From Octopus vulgaris (taxonomy: Eukaryota): a stretch of 64,000 bases of DNA. The stretch's first letter is position 1. Every line of letters starts with the position of its first letter. The notes beneath the pieces were generated by a model. It saw only the letters and a list, made by a program, of their open reading frames with translations. It was not told the DNA's origin and ran no database searches. The stretch is taken from contig OX597829.1 in the NCBI GenBank assembly GCA_951406725.2, positions 49,414,001-49,478,000 on the forward strand. Direction: 5' to 3'. This document shows positions 54,857-64,000 of the stretch, piece after piece. Both the position numbers and the translations under genes were made by a program.

Positions 54857-55556
54857 CACACACACACACACACGCACACACACACACACACATAAATACA
54901 TGGGCGGCGAGCTGGTAGAATCGGTAGCGCGCCGGGCGAAATGCTTAGCAGTATTTCGTCTGTCTTTACGTTCTGAGTTCAAATTCCGCCGAGGTCGACT
55001 TTGCCTTTCATCCTTTCGGGGTCGATTAAATATGTACCAGTTACGCACTGGGGTCGATGTAATCGACTTAATCCGTTTGTCTGTCCTTGTTTGTCCCCTC
55101 TGACTTTAGCCCCTTGTGGGTAGTAAAGAAATAGGTATCTCGACTGTTTTTACGTTCAAATTCCGCCGAGGTCGACTTTTCCTTTCATCCTTTCGGGGTC
55201 GATATATTATGTACCAGCTGCGTACTGGTGTCGATCTAATCGACTGGCCTTCTTCCCAAAAAATTTCGGATCTTGTACCCAGAGCATAAAAGTATATATA
55301 GATTTTATATATATATATATGTATACGTGTGTATGTATATATATTTATTTATATGTATAGATTATATATGTGTGTGTGAAATGATAGAGACATGTTCATT
55401 CTGTGTGGTAAGTAGCTTGCTTAACAACCACATGATTCCGGGTTCAGTCCAACTGCGTGGCACCTTGGGTAAGTGTCTTCTACTATAGCCTTGGGTCGAC
55501 CAAAGCTTAATGAGTGGATTTGGTAGACGGAAACTGAAAGAAGCCCATCGCATATG

Positions 55557-55617
<61 letters not shown>

Positions 55618-55834
55618 TTGTGTGTCTGTGTCTGTTCCCCAACCACCACCACCACCATCGCTTGACAACCGATGCAGGTGTGTTTACGTCCCCGTAACTT
55701 AGGGGTTCGGCAAAAGGACTGATAGAATAAGTACTAGGCTTCCAAAGTATAAGTCCTGGGGTTGATTTGCTCGACTAAAGGCGGTGCACCAGCATGGCCG
55801 CAGTCAAATGACTGAAGCAAGAAAAAGAATAAAA

Positions 55835-55969
<135 letters not shown>

Positions 55970-56207
55970 TACACATACACACGTATATGTGCATAATATA
56001 TATGTGTGTGTGTATATTAATATTTCTATATACACACACGCTCACACACACACATTCATACATGTATATACACATACATATACATATGTATATACATACA
56101 CATACACACGTATATGTGCATAATATATATGTGTGTGTGTATATATATGTATATTCATATATCTATATACACACTCACAGACTCACACACACTCACATAC
56201 ACACATT

Positions 56208-56268
<61 letters not shown>

Positions 56269-56679
56269 TAATTTGACACAGTCGTGCCCCCCCCCCCCAT
56301 AGTGTCCGCGCATACATGAGCAGGCATGCGATCGAACGGTGGCAGAGTACAAACTACAAACATATGTTTGTAGGTAATTTCACAGAGTACGTCGTCGCCA
56401 GTGATTGAGTTTGTGTTATTGGCAAAAACACGTTGTTACGATACTGCTTCTTGCACATTACGACGAATAACAACCAAGCCTCTCTCTCACGTTTTCATCT
56501 CGGCGGCATATTATACATAACATGTGCGCGCGTAACATGTATGCTTCTGCCTCAGTTTGTATGGAAACAGATATATCTATTTATCTATCTGTCTGTCTGT
56601 CTGTCTGGCTGGCTGGCTGGCTGTCTGACTGCCTGTCTGTCTTCTGTCTATCTATCTATCTATCTACTTATCTATCTAC

Positions 56680-56741
<62 letters not shown>

Positions 56742-56758
56742 GACTGTCTATCTATCTA

Positions 56759-56821
<63 letters not shown>

Positions 56822-56891
56822 GTCCATCTGCCTCTCTACCTACCTATCTATCTATTTATCTGTTACTCTGTCTGACTGTTTGTCTCACTGA

Positions 56892-56949
<58 letters not shown>

Positions 56950-57055
56950 ATAAAATTAAATTTAGGGTAAAAATTGATATTTATCAATTAGAACCAGTGG
57001 TCTAGCATATTAAAGAAAGAATCCGAAGATTAAAATAATTGGTATATATATATAT

Positions 57056-57121
<66 letters not shown>

Positions 57122-58650
57122 GGACACACATACACACACACACACACGCACATAATTACGTACCATATGTATAACATGGGTGCAGGCGTGGCTTTGTGGT
57201 AAGCAGCTTGCTACCCAGCTGCATGGTTTTAAGTTCAGTCCCACTCCGTGACACTTTGGACGACTGTACTTCTACTCTGGCCCCGGGCCGGATTTCACAG
57301 ACGGAAAATGAAAGAAGATGGTCATATATGTGTGTGTGTGTGTGTGTGTGTGCGCCCAACATGCACCGCTTGAAACAGATGTTAGTGCGTATATAACCCC
57401 ACCGTAACTTAGCGGCTCGATGGAATAAGTACTAGTTTTACAAAGAATAAGTCCTGGGGTCGATTTGCTCGACTAAAGGCGGTGCTCCAGCATGGCCGCA
57501 GTCGACTGAAACAAGTAAAAGAGTAAAGAATAACAGAATAGAAGAATGGATACATTGACAGAGATGTGTGTATACATACACACACACACACATATATATA
57601 TATTTATATATATCTTTATATTTATTTATATATGAAGGAGCTTGTATATATACATGTAGATGTAGCTACGTACATATATGTTTGTATGTATGCATATATT
57701 TTTAATTATCACATTATACATATATATATATATCTTCAACGGTATATATACACACACGCATGTATATATATATGTAATTATTTATTAAATCTCTGAACGG
57801 TAGAAAAATACAAACTGGGACAAGAACGCAAAACACTTAGAAGACGATACAAAAAACACACACACATATACATACATACATATATACATACATACATACA
57901 TACATACACACACATACATACATACATACATACATACATACATACATACATACATACATACATACATACATACATACATACATTCATGTATATTTATATA
58001 TGTGTGTGTGTATATATGTGTTTACCAATGTATATGTTGAGTAACAATGCATACGTATGTACGTATGTACACCCAGATGTAGGACCATATGTATATCAGA
58101 GGTACCGAACCGTTTCTTTAAATGAGTTATCCCACGGATATCCCATTTGATATGCCTATCCCCTATGTGCATATAGGCGCAGGAGCGGCTGTGTGGTAAG
58201 TAGCTTGCTTACCAACCACATGGTTCTGCGTTCGGTCCCACTGAGTGGCACCTTGGGTAAGTGTCTCCTGCTATAGCCCCGGGCCGACCAAAGCTTTGTG
58301 AGTGGATTTAATAGGGGGAAACTGAAAGAAGCCTATGGTATATGTGTGTGTGTGTGTGTTCCAACCCGCCCCCATCATCACTTGACAACCGATGCCTGTG
58401 TATTTACGTCCCCAAAGCCTAGCGATTTGGCAAAAAGAGACCGATTGAATAAGGACTAAGCTTAATTACAAAAAGTAATTCCCGGGGTCAATTTGTTCGA
58501 CTGAAGGCGGTGCTCCAGCATGGCCACAGTCAAATTACTGAAACAAATAAAAGAATAAAAGAATACATATATCTATACATATGAAATTTTGAATCTAGTT
58601 CACGGACCCCCTAGTACTACCTTTGCGCACCCCAGGTTGGGAACCACTGG

Positions 58651-58701
<51 letters not shown>

Positions 58702-58903
58702 TCAATTTCACACACAACGACATATTGTTCGTACAACATACATATACACATACCAGCACACGATAATCATATACATATATATATATAAACACGTACCCAC
58801 CTGCATATCTACGTACATACAAGCATACATGTATACGTACATATATACATACATACATACATACACATAAATCCATACATACATACATACATACATACAT
58901 ACA

Positions 58904-59093
<190 letters not shown>

Positions 59094-59166
59094 CGTCCAG
59101 TAACACTGTACTTATTCCTCGTACTCGCGTTATGTTTTTTTTTTCTTGCTTGTGCATGTTTGAATT

Positions 59167-59216
<50 letters not shown>

Positions 59217-60058
59217 TATGTATATATTAGAGAGCTGCTTAATGCTTAAGTGACTTTAGGTCAGAGAGCTTCGTTTCTCATACTTGTCAGAGCGATAAGT
59301 GTGCACGAAGCTCTCGGCCTTACACACACGCGCGCACACACGCACACACACACACAGATACACAGTAAAAAGGAATATATATTTGTATATTGCGTTTTAT
59401 TTCACGGGCTTCTACAAGCACATCTGGTGTGAATGTATGTCTATATATTCATGTATAAATGCATATATATATATATATATACGAAAGCATGTATGTACGT
59501 AGGTGCGTATATGTGTATGTATGTGTGTATGTATATATGCATGTGTGTATGAGTGTATGTATGCATGCATGTATGTATGTATGTATGTATGTATGTGTGT
59601 GTGTATGTATGTATGTATGTATGTACGTATGTACGTGTGTGTGTATGTACGTATGCATGTATGCTTGTATGTATGCTTGTATGTATGTATGTATGTATGT
59701 ATGTATGTATGTATGTATGTATGTATGTATTGTATGTATATATATGTATGTGTGTATGTATGTGTGTATGTATGTATGTATGTATGTATGAATGTATGTA
59801 TGTATATATGTGTGTATGTATGTATGTATGCATTTATGTATGTGTATGTATGTATGTATGTATATATGTACGTATACATGTATGCTTGTATGTACGTAGA
59901 TATGCAGGTGGGTACGTGTTTATATATATATATGTATATGATTATCGTGTGCTGGTATGTGTATATGTATGTTGTACGAACAATATGTTGCTGTGTGTGA
60001 AATTGAATACATATACATACATTCACATACACACACTTACATGCATACGTACAATTTA

Positions 60059-60146
<88 letters not shown>

Positions 60147-60962
60147 CATATGCTTATATACATACATACATACATACATACATACATACATACAGGCATG
60201 TTGGCAGGCAGGCAGACAGATAAACATACATATACATACGCACAGACATATGTACAGACATACATACGTACATACACACAAACATACACGCACACTCATA
60301 CATACACACATACATACATACATACATACGTACGTACATACATACATACATACACGCACACTCATACATACACACATACATACATACATACATACGTACG
60401 TACGTACATACATACATACATCAATACATACATACATACACACACAAACATACATACATACATACATAAATACATACATACATACATACATACATACATA
60501 CATACATACATACATACACACACATACATACATACATACATACATACATACATACATACATACATACATACATACATACATGCAGACATATATAGTATGG
60601 CACTATTAACCCACCACTGCCTCTCATCCCAATATCATTTTAAAAACATTTAATATTTGTTTTTGGCAAATTCTCTTCAAACTAGAGGGTGGCCTGACCC
60701 AATTAATTATATACAACAGAGAAAACTCCCCTATGAAGTCACATTTTAATGAAGTGGACGCTTTTTAATTAGGACGATGGACAATTTGATCCTAGGACCC
60801 TGCAAATCTGCCACCAACAAACTCTCAAGGAGAAGAGAGAGTGGAGGAATTGGAGAGAGAGACAGAGACAGACAGACAGACAGAAAGAGGGAAAAGAACA
60901 ATAGAAACTATCCTGCTTTCTAAGGTTACTTTGGAAATGGCTAACATCTATCAGCTAGCTTG

Positions 60963-61342
60963 CACGCAATGGCCCAGTGGTTAGGGCAGCGGACTCGCGG
61001 TCATAGGATCGCGGTTTCGATTCCCAGACCGGGCGTTGTGAGTGTTTATTGAGCGAAAACACCTAAAGCTCCACGAAGCTCCGGCAGGGGATGGTGGTGA
61101 TCCCTGCTGTACTCTTTCACCACAACTTTCTCTCACTCTTACTTCCTGTTTCTGTTGTACCTGTATTTCAAAGGGCCGGCCTTGTCACTCTCTGTGTCAC
61201 GCTGAATATCCTCGAGAACTACGTTAAGGGTACCCGTGTCTGTGGAGTGCTCAGCCACTTACACGTTAATTTCACGAGCAGGCTGTTCCGTTGATTCGGA
61301 TCAACCGGAACCCTCGTCGTCGTAACCGACGGAGTGCTTCCA
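60963..61342 (+). mobile_element. tRNA-derived SINE, near-identical to 917-1299
   Basis: Direct sequence match by eye. Confidence 0.9.
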
Positions 61343-61915
61343 ACTCACAAAGATTTTGGTCGATCCGTTGATGATGTGGTAGGAAATACTTGCCCAAGGT
61401 TCTCAGCGTGTTGGAGAACGATATGGAATCGTTGTTCGTTGTTTGAAGAGGCGAACGACTTTGCCTTGCTTTCGGAATTCGCTTGGTGGAATATTGGGGG
61501 ATTGTTTTTATGGGGTTTTGTTTTAATGGGGTTTTGTTTTAATGGGGTTTTGTTTTTTAACTATTGCAGATATAAAACGAAAAGCGTGGACGGATGGAGT
61601 GGATGTTAGGGAGAAAGAGAGAGGGGGGAGTGTGTGTGTGTGTATGTGTGTGATAGGGAGAGAGAGAGGTGGAGGAGAGAGAAGGAGAAAGAGAGAGAGA
61701 GAGAGGAGAAAGAGAGAGAGTGTGTGTGTATGTGTGTGTGATAGGGAGGGAGAGAGAGGGAGAGGAAGAAAGAAAGAATGAAAGAAAGAAAAAAGAGAAG
61801 AGTTGACGGAACCAGAGAGAGAGAGAGAGAGAGACAAATAAGGAAAGAAAATTGAAAGAAGGAATAGACAGAGCCAAAGAGAAAGAGAGAGAGAGAGGAG
61901 AAAGAGAATGAATGA

Positions 61916-61951
<36 letters not shown>

Positions 61952-62243
61952 ACGAAGGAAAGAAAGCAAAAAAGTGAAGGTAAAGGGAACTACAGAGAGA
62001 GAGAGAGAGAGAGAGAGAAATAAGGAAAGAAAAATAAAAGATAGAGGAGGTAGACGGAGTGAGAGAGAGAGAGAGAGAGAGAATGAATGAAAGAAAGAAA
62101 GAAAGAAAGAAAGAAAGGAAGAAGAGAGAGACGGAGCCAAAGAGAAAGTGAAAGCGGTAGAAATAGTGAGAAAGAGAGAGAGAGAAAGAGAGTGGTTGTG
62201 TACGCGCGTGTATTCAAAAGAGAGAGAGAGAGAATTAGAGTGA

Positions 62244-62275
<32 letters not shown>

Positions 62276-62926
62276 GACTGAGTGTGTTGTGTCAGCGAGA
62301 GAGAGAGAGAGAAAGGGAGAATGTATGTGTGGGTATGTGGGTGTGAAAGAGGGGGAGTAGAAGGGAGAGAAAATCCATCTGGATAGGAAAAAAAACTGTT
62401 GAAAATATTCATTTTGAAGAATTTGACTTACATATGTCACATATATTCAGGACAAAATATGAAGACGAATTGGAAAAGCAGAAAACAGCCTGTTGCGTAT
62501 ACAGGGTATATATATATACAGGGTATACACACTCTCAAATACATATGCATTCATAATACAAGCATACGTACATACAGAATATATACACATAACCGGGTGG
62601 GTATGTGTATGTATATAGATAGATAGATAGATCGATCGATCGATAGATAGATACATACCTACATGCATACATACATACAAATATACATACAAATATACAT
62701 ACATACAAACATACCTGCATACACACATACATGCATACATACACATACACGCATGTATACACATACATACATATGTATATATATATATATATATATATAT
62801 CATTTATATATAAATATTTTTTTTAAATATTTTTCTCCGACCGAAGAGATGGTGTTGTGGATTTCCACTTCGGCATCTGAAACTCAGAGTTTTATCTTGA
62901 CTACCGAGTAATGTAACATATTGTAT

Positions 62927-62976
<50 letters not shown>

Positions 62977-63000
62977 ATATATATATATCCATATATATAT

Positions 63001-63036
<36 letters not shown>

Positions 63037-63066
63037 ATATATATATATATATATGAATATCGTTAA

Positions 63067-63101
<35 letters not shown>

Positions 63102-63283
63102 TGTATATATATATGTAGATATATGTATATATTTTGTCCTCGATGTATATATGTATGTATCTATACATACATATATGCATGCATGCATATATACATACAA
63201 ACATACATACATACATACAAACATATATGTATTGTATATATGTATATATATATGTTTGTGCGTGAATATATGTATGTATATTT

Positions 63284-63695
<412 letters not shown>

Positions 63696-64000
63696 ATATA
63701 TATATATATGGCCACAGCATGGCCACAGCTCATAAGCTGAAACTAGAATCAATCAATCATATATATATATATATATACACACTTGAATTCAAAGAAACAT
63801 GCAAGCAAACATGATGAGCTCTTTCGTCGCTTCGACAAATAAGGATTCAGTATAAGACGCAGCTTAGGTAACTCCGTATAACTTCTACATCATCTTATGG
63901 CCGCCATTTACCCAACTCTCTTTAGGATCCTTTAGCAATCTCCGTCGTTACTTTTCACCACCACCACCGCCACTGGACTTAGATAGAAAGCGTGGAGCTG

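Overview
AT-rich, microsatellite- and repeat-dense animal DNA that looks like coleoid cephalopod (octopus-type SINE families; this assignment is an inference). The only credible protein-coding piece is a minus-strand first coding exon (50115-49930) encoding the signal peptide and the start of the prodomain of a subtilisin-like proprotein convertase, most like neuroendocrine convertase PC2. I found no second exon, so ~1-49929 appears to be one very large intron. The rest is SINEs, LINE fragments (RTE, R4/Dong-like, a decayed Penelope-like RT), MITEs, a Helitron, a young 2.9-kb Mutator/foldback element with ~1.3-kb TIRs and a 9-bp TSD, minisatellites and microsatellites. The most striking hidden signal is a recurring set of minimal type-I hammerhead ribozyme motifs. 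Four lie in head-to-head palindromic inserts inside (TA)n tracts, one lies directly behind a tRNA-like Pol III head, and three carry a compensatory U3-A8 core instead of C3-G8. Together they suggest a Penelope-dependent, ribozyme-bearing non-autonomous retroelement system. Coordinates were counted by eye and may be off by a few bases; nothing was aligned or folded computationally.
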